Source: Eledone cirrhosa
Lineage: Eukaryota
Assembly (NCBI GenBank): GCA_964016885.1
Contig: OZ024741.1
Span: 193,564,001 to 193,628,000, forward strand
DNA: 64,000 bases
Direction of reading: 5' to 3'
In this document: positions 1-9,478 of the stretch, piece after piece
Layout: each line of letters begins with the position of its first letter
How positions within the stretch are numbered: the first letter of the stretch is position 1
Program-made: the position numbers and the translations under genes
Notes under the pieces: model-generated
What the model was told of the DNA's origin: nothing
Databases searched by the model: none
What the model saw: the letters and a program-made list of their open reading frames with translations, nothing else

Positions 1-280
1 GGAATACGCCAGTCAGATAGATTATATCCTTACCAGAAGACGTGACAGAGTGTCTGTTGTAAACACTAAATCCCTCCCCCATGAAGAATGCACCTCCCAA
101 CATAGATTTATAGTCAGCGACCTCATAGTCAGGACGAGATGTACTCGACAACGGAGGAGTACTATCCTCAGGAGAAAAATATGGAAGTTAAAGGACCCCA
201 CAGCCTGTAATAAATTTAAAAGCATATTACTTGATGCTTTTGACAGTAAGGAAGAGCAATTACAGTCGTAGAATATAGAG
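1..280 (+). mobile_element. RTE LINE fragment (end of APE endonuclease and linker)
   Basis: Encodes QIDYILTRRRD..VVNTKSLPHEECTSQHRFIVSDL, homologous to the N-terminal part of the 833-aa ORF at 17562..20063. Confidence 0.85.
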
Positions 281-284
281 TCTT

Positions 285-628
285 TCTAGGCCTGCCCACT
301 CCATTGTTACCATCAACTTTGAGCACTCTTCACCTATTTATACAGCTGTCATACTTCACATGCATCACATGTCCATACCAATGCAATCTCCTCTCCTGCA
401 CACAGCATCTGATCCCTCTTATGCCTAATTTCTCACGTAGTTCATTTATGCTTTGCCATTCGAATATGCTGTTATTGCACATCCATCAAAGCATGAAGGC
501 TTCATTTCTTTCCAATCTTCGCAGTTTTTCTGCACACAGAGCCCTGGTCTCGCTGCTGTGCAACTTAGTTGTTCTTATACATGCATCATACAGTCTGCCT
601 TTCATTTTGAAGGAAAAACCTTTTGCAG
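285..628 (-). mobile_element. RTE LINE C-terminal fragment, inverted
   Basis: Reverse complement reads KGFSFKMKGRLYDACIRTTKLHSSETRALCAE, matching the RTE post-RT region. Confidence 0.85.
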
Positions 629-642
629 TATATATATATATG

Positions 643-2330
643 TACCACAGACGCTCTTTTCATTGTACGACAACTACAGGAGAAGTACCTAGCTAAAAGT
701 AAACCCCTATACTTAGCCTTTGTCGACTTGGAGAAAGCCTTCGACAGAGTCCCCCGTTCCATTATCTGGTGGGCTCTTAGAAAACTAGGTGTTGACGAAT
801 GGCTTGTGAGAGCTATACAAGCCATGTATAAAGAAACAGTGAGCAAGGTTAGAATTAACAACGAATATAGTGAAGAGTTTAGCGTAAAAGTTGGTGTTCA
901 TCAGGGCTCTGATCTTAGCCCCCTACTATTCATTATTGCTCTTCAGGCTATAACAGAGGAGTTCAAAACCGGCTGCCCATGGGAACTCCTATACGCAGAT
1001 GATCTAACGCTCATAGCTGAATCAATGGCCGAGCTAGAGAAGAAATTCCAAACATGGAAGCACGGCCTAGAATCAAAAGGCCTTAAAATTAACATGGCTA
1101 AGACTAAAGTTCTAGTTTGTAGGAAAGAAAATAAGGCGCCGGTCCCTTCCGGGAAGTGGCCATGCGCAGAGTGTAGGAAAGGCGTAGGTAGAAATTCCAT
1201 TTTGTGTCCCAAATGCAAAGTTTGGGTGCATAAAAGATGTAGTGGGATCACAGGTAAGCTAACTAAGTACATAGATTTTACATGTGGCCGGTGCTCTGGT
1301 GCAATAAGTAGCAGCAAGTGCCCACAAAATACTAGCTCTTTCAACTGCGCAGAGGATTCTATAGAAATAGTGGACAGCTTCCGTTACCTGGGGGACAAAA
1401 TCAGTAGTGGGGGAGGGTGCTCCGAAAGTACAGTAGCTAGAGTCAGAACTGGATGGAAAAAGTTCAGAGAGCTTATACCACTATTAGCCGCTAAAGGGTT
1501 CTCCCTAAAAATGAAAGGCAGGCTGTACGATGCCTGCATACGAACAGCAATGTTGCATGGCAGTGAGACCTGGGCATTGTGTGCAGAGGATATACGCAGA
1601 CTAGAGAGAAACGAAGCTTGCATGCTCCGCTGGATGTGTAATAGTAATATACGTGAACGACAAAGCATAAACGAACTAAGGAAAAAATTAGAAATAAGAG
1701 GGATCAGATGTTGTTTACTAGAGAGAAGGCTACGTTGGTATGGTCACGTGATGCGCATGAAGGACGATAGCAGTATAACAAAGTGCAGGGCAATAAAGAT
1801 AGACGGTAGCCACGGAATAGGCAGACCCAGAAAAACCTGGGACGAGCTGATAAACTCCGACCTCACACACTTACACCTCACCAAGACAATGTCACTGGAC
1901 CGAGACCTTTGGCGGTACTCAGTAATAGAGAAGACCCGCCTTACCTAAATACAAAGTAAAACCTACTACAGTCAGTAGGCATCTCTAACAAAATACACCC
2001 CCGTCCCACCACCCCCACCCCATCCACACCGCCCCCTTCTATGTAAAGTTATGTTGGTTCCACACCATCCAGGCCGAAACAAATGAGATCGTGTAGGTGT
2101 CACGACAAAAAAACACACAGTCCACACTGTAATGTGGCCGTGTAGGCAACACGGTAAAAACCTCCCAGTAAATGTGGTTGGTGTTAGGAAGGGCATCCAG
2201 CTGTAGAAAACCTGCCAGACAGTCCTATGCGAGCAAGACAACCACTCTTGCCTCAAGTGGGAAAACCCCCGTCCAAACCCATGCAAGCGTGGAACACGGA
2301 CGTTAAACGTTGATGATGATGATGATGATG
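643..2330 (+). mobile_element. 5'-truncated RTE LINE: RT with PHD-like insertion, 3'UTR and (GAT)n tail
   Basis: 441-aa ORF with AFVDLEKAFDRV, GVHQGS.LSP, YADD, a CAEC..CPKC..HKRC..CGRC finger and YLG. The 3'UTR ends GGACGTTAAACG followed by (GAT)n. Confidence 0.95.
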
Positions 2331-2414
2331 ATATATATACATACATATACATATATATATAAATATATATATATATATGTATATGTATGTATATATATAT
2401 ATATATACATATAC

Positions 2415-2452
<38 letters not shown>

Positions 2453-2552
2453 TATACTATATATTTCTATACTTTATATCTGGAGATCTATATATATATA
2501 TACTATACTATATATATATATATATACTATACTATATATTTCTATACTTTTC

Positions 2553-2585
<33 letters not shown>
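2331..2585. repeat. (TA)n-rich compound microsatellite
   Basis: Seen directly. Many similar (TA)n/(TACA)n tracts occur across the window. Confidence 0.95.
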
Positions 2586-2589
<4 letters not shown>

Positions 2590-2930
2590 GGCACATGGCT
2601 TAGTGGTTAGAGCATTGGCCTTGCAATCGAAAGGTTGTGAGTTCAATTCTCAGACCGGGTGATGTGTTGTTTCCTTGAGCAAGACACTTTATTTCACATT
2701 GCTCCAGTTTACTCAGCTGTAGAAATGAGATGATAGGGACTGGGATCCATATCATTCCACTGCAAAAGTGGTCGTGGAGGTGCCACGGCAAAAAAGCACC
2801 CAGCACTCACTGTAAATGAGGTTGGTGTTAGGAAGGGCATCCAGCTGTAGAAATCAAAGCCAGAATCAGTTCCCGTCCCACCCTTGCAAGCAGGGAAAAG
2901 CGGACGTAAAATGAAATGATGATGATGATG
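2586..2930 (+). mobile_element. tRNA-derived SINE family 1 (CORE-like body, RTE-derived tail)
   Basis: A box TGGCTTAGTGG, B box GAGTTCAATTC, CCTTGAGCAAGACACTT resembling the CORE domain, tail shared with RTE 3' ends, (GAT)n terminus. Near-identical copies elsewhere in the window. Confidence 0.9.
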
Positions 2931-2940
2931 ATATATATAT

Positions 2941-3116
2941 AATAATAAAGTATATATCCCTACACGCAAAAAGCGTCCAGGGACACATGTAACCTCGATT
3001 ATATATGTTGTGGCTCGTTAATTTATTAACTAGCCATTGAACCACATTGGCATATGGTTGGACAATACATGTGTCCCTGGACGCTTTTTGGGTGTAGGGA
3101 TATATACTTTATTATT
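2941..3116. repeat. 51-bp inverted repeat (2941-2991 / 3066-3116), probably a Penelope-type inverted terminus
   Basis: AATAATAAAGTATATATCCCTACACGCAAAAAGCGTCCAGGGACACATGTA and its reverse complement, one mismatch. Confidence 0.85.
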
Positions 3117-3328
3117 ATTATTCTCCTCTTGGTCGAGATAAAATTTGGTCGTTTTGACTGCTGCTATTTATAGTGGTAGTAGACTGACCTCACTGCCTCT
3201 GCTTCTATCTTTACACACGGCACTGAACAGAATTGCTTCCACATCATTCATTCTCATCTCGGGAACAATTTTGAATAGCGCCAGTTCGTAATTTGAACTC
3301 GGGAATTTTATATTCTCCCAGTGAAAAG

Positions 3329-3406
3329 ACCCTTCTGACAAGAGTTTATCTTTAAAATGGAAGGCCGCAAGGACTGTCCATTTATTTTTGAGACTCGAAA
3401 CCGATT
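3329..3406 (+). ncRNA. Decayed type I hammerhead ribozyme with long stem II
   Basis: CTGACAA (consensus CUGANGA with one change), stem II GAGTTT...AGACTC enclosing ATGGA..CC-GCAA-GG..TCCAT, then GAAACCGATT. The 3' strand of stem I is missing. Confidence 0.5.
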
Positions 3407-3437
<31 letters not shown>

Positions 3438-3451
3438 CATACATACATACA

Positions 3452-4057
3452 TGGTGGCTGCCAACTCGTTTTCGAGTACGGCCACTACTTTATATCCATG
3501 TAGGAGAACCCCTACCAATGCGCTGAACAAGTGTGACTTTTTAGTCCAGCTAGTGACTTGAAAACTCTGGTACAAACACTACACTTGTGACAATTATTGA
3601 CACATAGTGCTGGGCCCATGGTACCATGTGATGAAAGTGCAGAGAGATCTCCAGATATAAAGCAATGCCTGTGCCGTGAAGCTTTTATAGTGAGCAAAGG
3701 CACTGCACAAAGCCAGTCCCACTCTCTTAACCAAGATGATATTTGCCAAAAAGAAGAACAAGTCAACATCATTGGATACCATCCGGGTTGCAGGTGTTAT
3801 ATCAGAGTTTTCCTTCTAGAATTCTGCCTTGACAAAGGCTAAGGGGTCATCTCTCCTGGTGATTTTGGATGGCCATTGACTCTTAAGAGCTCGCTTGCCC
3901 TTTGACAGGTTTTGTTTTTAGTCCTGCAGGAAGTCCAAGGTCACCCTCCTCACCAAGAAACCTTCGTGGGGTTGCCAGTTTAGTCACCAACGACCCGACC
4001 ATGGGACAGGTTGTACTGGGATACATATTACCAGTAGCACCAACTGGTGACCTGACA
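3452..4057 (-). mobile_element. Non-autonomous ~600-bp RTE-like bipartite element, copy 1
   Basis: Minus strand carries an RTE-5'UTR-like motif (TAGAAGGAAAACTCTGA) and a terminal C2H2 finger remnant CSVCTRVFKSLAGLKSH. Flanked by (TACA)n/(TA)n. Tandem copy follows. Confidence 0.55.
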
Positions 4058-4091
4058 TAAACATATATATATATATACATACATATATATA

Positions 4092-4699
4092 TGGTGGCTG
4101 CCAACTCGTTTTCGAGTATGGCCACTACTTTATAACCATGTAGGAGAACACCTACCGATGCACTGAACAAGTGTGACTTTTTAGTCCAGCCAGTGACTTG
4201 AAAACTCTGGTACAAACACTACACTTGTGACAATTATTGACACATAGTGCTGGGCCCATGGTACCATGTGATGACAAGTGCAGAGAGAACTCCAGATATA
4301 AAGCAATGCCTGTGCCATGAAGCTTTTATAGTGAGCAAAGGCACTGCACAAAGCCAGTCCCACTCTCTTAACCAAGATGATATTTACCAAAAAGAAGAAC
4401 AAGTCAACATCATTGGATACCATCAGGGTTGCAGGTGTTATATCAGAGTTTTCCTTCTCCTAGAATTCTGCCTTGACAAAGGCTAAGGGGTCATCTCTCC
4501 CGGTGATTTTGGATGGCCATTGACTCTTAAGAGCTCCTTTGCCCTTTGACAGGTTTTGTTTTTAGTCCTGCAGGATTTCCAAAGTAAGCCTCCTCACCAA
4601 GAAACCTTCGTGGGGTTGCCAGTTTAGTCGCCAACGACCCGCCATGGGACAGGTTGTACTGGGATACATGTTACTAGTAGCACCAACTGATGACCTGAC
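4092..4699 (-). mobile_element. Non-autonomous ~600-bp RTE-like bipartite element, copy 2
   Basis: Highly similar to 3452-4057 and separated from it by a short (TA)/(TACA) tract. Confidence 0.55.
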
Positions 4700-4735
4700 A
4701 TACATACATACATACATGCATGCATACATATATAC

Positions 4736-4817
<82 letters not shown>

Positions 4818-4818
<1 letters not shown>

Positions 4819-5156
4819 GAGGCACATGGCTTAGTGGTTAGAGCATTGGGCTTGCAATCGAAAGGTTGTGAGTTCAATTCTCAGCAGACCGGGTGATGTG
4901 TTGTTTCCTTGAGCAAGACACTTTATTTAACATTGCTCCAGTTTACTCAGCTGTAGAAATGAGATGATAGGACTGGGGTCCATATCATTCCACTGTAAAG
5001 TGGACGTGTAGGCGCCACGGAAAAAAAGCACCCACCACTCACTGTAAATGAGATTGGTGTTAGGAAGGGCATCCAGCTGTAGAAATCAAGCCAGAATCAA
5101 TTCCCGTCCCACCCTTGCAAGGAAAAGTGGACGTAAAATGATGATGATGATGATGA
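4818..5156 (+). mobile_element. SINE family 1 copy
   Basis: Same head, core and tail as 2586-2930; inserted after (TA)n. Confidence 0.9.
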
Positions 5157-5199
5157 TATATATATATAATATCTATATGATGCAATACTGATTCTTTGT

Positions 5200-5350
5200 T
5201 CCCTATTTACTATTATTGATACTCTGCTCCACAATAGCAAGCATTGAGTGTTCATTTTCCTGACATTTGTACATTACCCTATGTACTATACATACACTTT
5301 TGATGAGTTATAGTGCACCTGAGCACTGTACACAATATTTTCATTATTAT
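5200..5350 (+). mobile_element. 3'UTR fragment of the CR1-group LINE
   Basis: TTTCCTGACATTTGT...GTGCACCTGAGCACTGTACACAATATTTTCATTATTAT is the reverse complement of 9481-9580. Confidence 0.75.
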
Positions 5351-5502
5351 ATCTTGGCATACCACCTATGAACGCAATCCAATTGCACCTCTACTACTTG
5401 TGTGCGTGTGTATATATATATATAAGCAAACAGATATGTCAGCATATAATTTGTATAGAAACAACAGACAAATTAACAACAAAGTTAAAAAGGTGTATTG
5501 AG

Positions 5503-5620
5503 ATAATTGTTTCTACTTTAGGCACAAGGCCAGCAATTACCCAGTGCATTACTGGTACTTTATTTTATCGACCCCGTAACGATGAAAGGCAAAGTCAACC
5601 TCAGCGGGATTTGAACTCAG
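5503..5620 (-). mobile_element. tRNA-derived SINE family 2, partial
   Basis: Minus strand GAGTTCAAATCCCGC..GAGGTTGACTTTGCCTTTCATC..GGGGTCGATAAAATAAAGTACCAG, shared with other copies. Confidence 0.85.
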
Positions 5621-6244
5621 ATGTACTGCCAATCCACCGCCATACAAAAGGTGTATTGAGATAATGCTGAATGATAAGAAAAGGCATGTTTAACATTTCA
5701 GACGAATTTATCTTTCGTGGAAGAAAAAGAAAATGAAGAGAAATGAAATGAGATTAAGAGAAACATTCTCCTATGTGTATTCAGATGTTGGCCATGTTTG
5801 GAAGTGAAACTGAAATGGGGAAAGGGAAGAAGGGAAATGTTTCTACATGCAGGAGCATTCTACAAGAGGAAAATAAGATGTGAGACAATGTTTAAATATA
5901 TGTATAATATGCATGTGTGTTTTAAAAATATGTGTACAATATGTTTGTGTGAGTTAAGTTTTCGTACATGTTTTGTGTATGTATTCATTTTGTTATGTGT
6001 GTGAGTGTTTGAGTTCACGTGTGATGGTCTATATACATGTGACAAATATGGAATGTACATGTGTTAGGATTATGTGTACACATGTGGTTCATATATGCAT
6101 ATTCATGGTGGATAGTTCTTAATGGGTTGAAGTATTGGAGTGGATGTGTACATATATGCTTGTTAAATTGTGGTAATTGGTAAGATTGTAAGAGTTGCAT
6201 ATGTGTGAGTGTGCACTGGTGGGAAAATGCAGCTAAGGAATAGA

Positions 6245-6289
<45 letters not shown>

Positions 6290-6809
6290 GTGTGTGTGTG
6301 TGTGTATTGCTAAGAGAATGTGGTTAAGCAAATTTGAGTCCATAGGCATGTGTGTGTGTCTGTGTGTTTCCTTGGCAGCACTTCTCTGTTTTTTATCTTA
6401 CTTTACACAAAATATCCCTAACTCCTGCTTCTGACATTTTTTGAACTTTCCAACCAGAAGGATGGAACTCAATTTAATTCTCTGTAACTGTTTGCATCAA
6501 AAATGTACACACTACACATAAAAATACATACAACCACACTAAGCCATCAAAATTCAACAAACATCTACATACATATACACAGTTGTTTCCCACATGCCTA
6601 AACAAACAGCATGCACACCAACTAACTCAGTTCTCTTTCACTGCATGCTAAATGTAATGTTTACACCTGTCAATTAATTGGTTGCAATATCTTTATTGAA
6701 ATTTACCAAGTAACACTTACTTTCATGACAATATTTAGACATTATTTTGATCTTAGCATTTAAATTATCAATTTTATTAGTTAAGATATGGCATTATGGC
6801 ATTATGTTA

Positions 6810-6994
6810 CGGTGGATTGGCAGTATCAGTAGAGGGTCGGACGCCATGCTTTCCAGCATAGTTACGTCCCTTTACAATCTGAGTTCAAATCCCGCCGAGG
6901 TTGACTTTGCCTTTCATCCTTACGGGGTCGATAAAATAAAGTACCAGTAATGCACTGGGTAATTGCTGGCCTTGTGCCTAAAGTAGAAACAATT
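6810..6994 (+). mobile_element. SINE family 2 copy
   Basis: A box TGGCAGTATCAG, B box GAGTTCAAATCC, body GCCTTTCATCCTTACGGGGTCGATAAAATAAAGTACCAG, end GTAGAAACAATT. Confidence 0.88.
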
Positions 6995-7120
6995 ATGTTA
7001 CTTAATTTCATATATGTGTAGTATACTGTGTCAAAAAATAGATTGTTTGATATTGAACTTGGCACAAGTTTATCATTTGTTCACCATACTATCTGTTTTG
7101 AGTTCTCTTTTCCTTTCTAA

Positions 7121-7306
7121 ATAATTGTTTCTACTTTAGGCACAAGGCCAGCAATTACCCAGTGCATTACTGGTACTTTATTTCATCGACCCCGTAAAGA
7201 TGAAAGGCAAAGTTAACCCCGGCGGGATTTGAACTCAGATTATAAAGGGACGTAACTCTATGCGTCAAAGCATTGTGTCCGACTCTATCAATACTGCTAA
7301 TCCACC
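7121..7306 (-). mobile_element. SINE family 2 copy, inverted
   Basis: Reverse complement of 6810-6994. Confidence 0.88.
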
Positions 7307-7446
7307 TTTCTAAATAATGGTCTTTAAGAAGACAGAACTCTTCATCCATACATTCAATTTCCAGTATATTATTTGAAGTAAATTTATGAATTATTAAACT
7401 ACCTTCATTTTTTGCGTAGCTAAAGCTAATTTTGGTATTATTACAT

Positions 7447-7628
7447 TTGGCAGTATCGGTAGAGGGTCGGACGCCATGCTTTGATGCATAGAGTTACGGC
7501 CCTTGCCATTCTGAGTTCAAATCCCACCAAGGTTAACTTTGCCTTTCATCCTTACGGGGTCGATAAAATAAAGTACCAGTAATGCACTGGGTAATTGCTG
7601 GCCTTGTGCCAAAAGTAGAAACAATTAT
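7447..7628 (+). mobile_element. SINE family 2 copy
   Basis: Same motifs as 6810-6994. Confidence 0.88.
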
Positions 7629-7869
7629 TACATTTAAATAATTTACAGTCACTGTGACAGGCTGGAAAGTATTTATTTATTAATGCTAAAAGGTTTCTAG
7701 TCATATTTGACTTAACGTTTAAGCAAGAAGTGAGGTTGGGCACATGTTTCTGCTTAAAGTTAAATAAAATCAGTTCTTTTTACATTATTTTGTCACTGCA
7801 TAACTATAAAAGTTTTATTGGTAGTGAGATAACCATTTTTATGGTTTAGTCTGAAGGAAGGAAAGTAGC

Positions 7870-8368
7870 TATTATCTTAGCAGTCCCTACGAATAAAAGG
7901 ACAGCTGTATGACACCTATGTGTGAAGTACAATGCTACATGGTAGTGAAAAATGAGCAAAGACTGAAGAGGACATGTGGAGACTTGAGAGAAATGAAACA
8001 AACATTGGATGTGAAATGTAAATGTGAGAGAAAGGCAGAGCTTGGATGAACTGAGAAACTGGGTTTAAGAGGAATCAGAAGTGGTGTGAAAGAGAGAAAA
8101 CTGTGTTGGTACAGGTATGTGGTGTTCATGGATGATGATCACTGGGTGAAGAAGTGCCAGAAAATTCCAGTGGAAGGAAGTTGCAGTTGTGATAGACTAC
8201 AAAAGGCCTGGGTGGAGGTGGTGAGAGCTGATCTCAAATTACTAAAGCTCACAGAGGAGATGGCAGAGGAATGCAATGAGTGGAGAGATGCTGTGCAGAA
8301 AAGAGAAAAGAACCCGTCCACCCATTCAAACATTGAAAAATGAACGTAAAAATGACGATGATGATGAT
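7870..8368 (+). mobile_element. Degraded RTE 3' fragment
   Basis: ERKLCWYRYVVFMDDDHWVKKCQKIPVEG..AWVEVVRADL; ends GAACGTAAAATGACGATGATG. Confidence 0.8.
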
Positions 8369-9387
8369 TGGTAAGATTGATTCAATTTGTTCATGCTTAG
8401 CATTTACAAGTCAACATTTGCAAGAAAAATGTTGGAGGGGATTTCAATGAAGTAGTTAATGTGGTGTCTAAAGACAGTAGAAATTGAAAGATGAAGTATA
8501 ATAAATGTGTTAAGGGTGGTATAAAACTAGCTAGTTTTATGGAGCATAATCCACTGTAATATAACAGAATAGGCAAAAGATTGTAGTGTGTCTTTGCCTA
8601 TCAGGCAAACGACCTTGTTTTGAGCCTAAATCCATACAATGTATGTATTAAAATTGCATGATCAGCAGGAATATGATCTTCACACAGAAATATACTTATT
8701 ATGTAATTGATAGAATAAGAAAAGATATATGTCTCCCTGGAGTACAGACACCTCAAGTTACATGAAATACATGATTGTTGCATTTATATGTCTGCGTATA
8801 TGTATGTGTGCGTGCGTGTGTAGACGTAAATGCATGCATGTGTGTATTTGTGTAGATATGTGTGTGTATGTACATATGAATGACTGTAGTTTCACATTAG
8901 CAATGCCTGGTAGATTTGAAAAACATTTTTTTCAAAAATGTATCTGCCTGAGCTGCTATTTGTAGTTTCTCACTTCTGGTCCTCAGGTGACTAATTTAAT
9001 GTATATGAATGGCTTGATCATATATTCAGTTCAACTGACAGTGCAAACTACTTAGACAAGACCAATTGGTTATATATGGCTAAGTAACAAGGAGCAGTAA
9101 GGAAAGGCAAGAGAGAAAATAAGAATAAATTGAAGGAGGAAGAGGAAGAAGGGGGAAAATTAAAAGCAAAGGAAAAGGTAAGGAGATGGAAGAAATATTA
9201 CTCGTCAACAGTAAATAAAGATTTGATCAGTTGTCTTCAGTTGTTTGAATAATTTGTAACATAATATACAGAGTTAAAATTTAATAAGCTTTGAGTTTGA
9301 AATAAAATATATACAATTTACTTTATGTCTTTGGTAAATCTCTGTATTTATAAACATAAAGGTTCATGAATCAATATATATAATAAT

Positions 9388-9478
9388 AATAATTGTTTCT
9401 ACTTTAGGCACAAGGCCAGCAATTACCAGTGCACTACTGGTACTTTATTTTATCGACCCCGTAAGGATGAAAGGCAAA
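9388..9478 (-). mobile_element. SINE family 2 3' fragment, abutting the CR1-group LINE
   Basis: AATAATTGTTTCTACTTTAGGCACAAGGCCAGC...GATGAAAGGCAAA. Confidence 0.8.

Noticed and set aside
943-1668. Antisense ORFs over RTE and CR1 coding regions
   Set aside because: They are shadow frames of the retrotransposon ORFs.
2586-2660. tRNA gene (GCA anticodon-like loop)
   Set aside because: It is a multicopy SINE head with no proper acceptor stem and is usually followed by the SINE core.
2310-2662. YI/IY-rich ORFs here and at many other (TA)n tracts
   Set aside because: They are translations of microsatellites.
3512-3600. Host C2H2 zinc-finger gene
   Set aside because: A single degenerate finger inside a duplicated repeat, disrupted in copy 2; better explained as an RTE C-terminal remnant.
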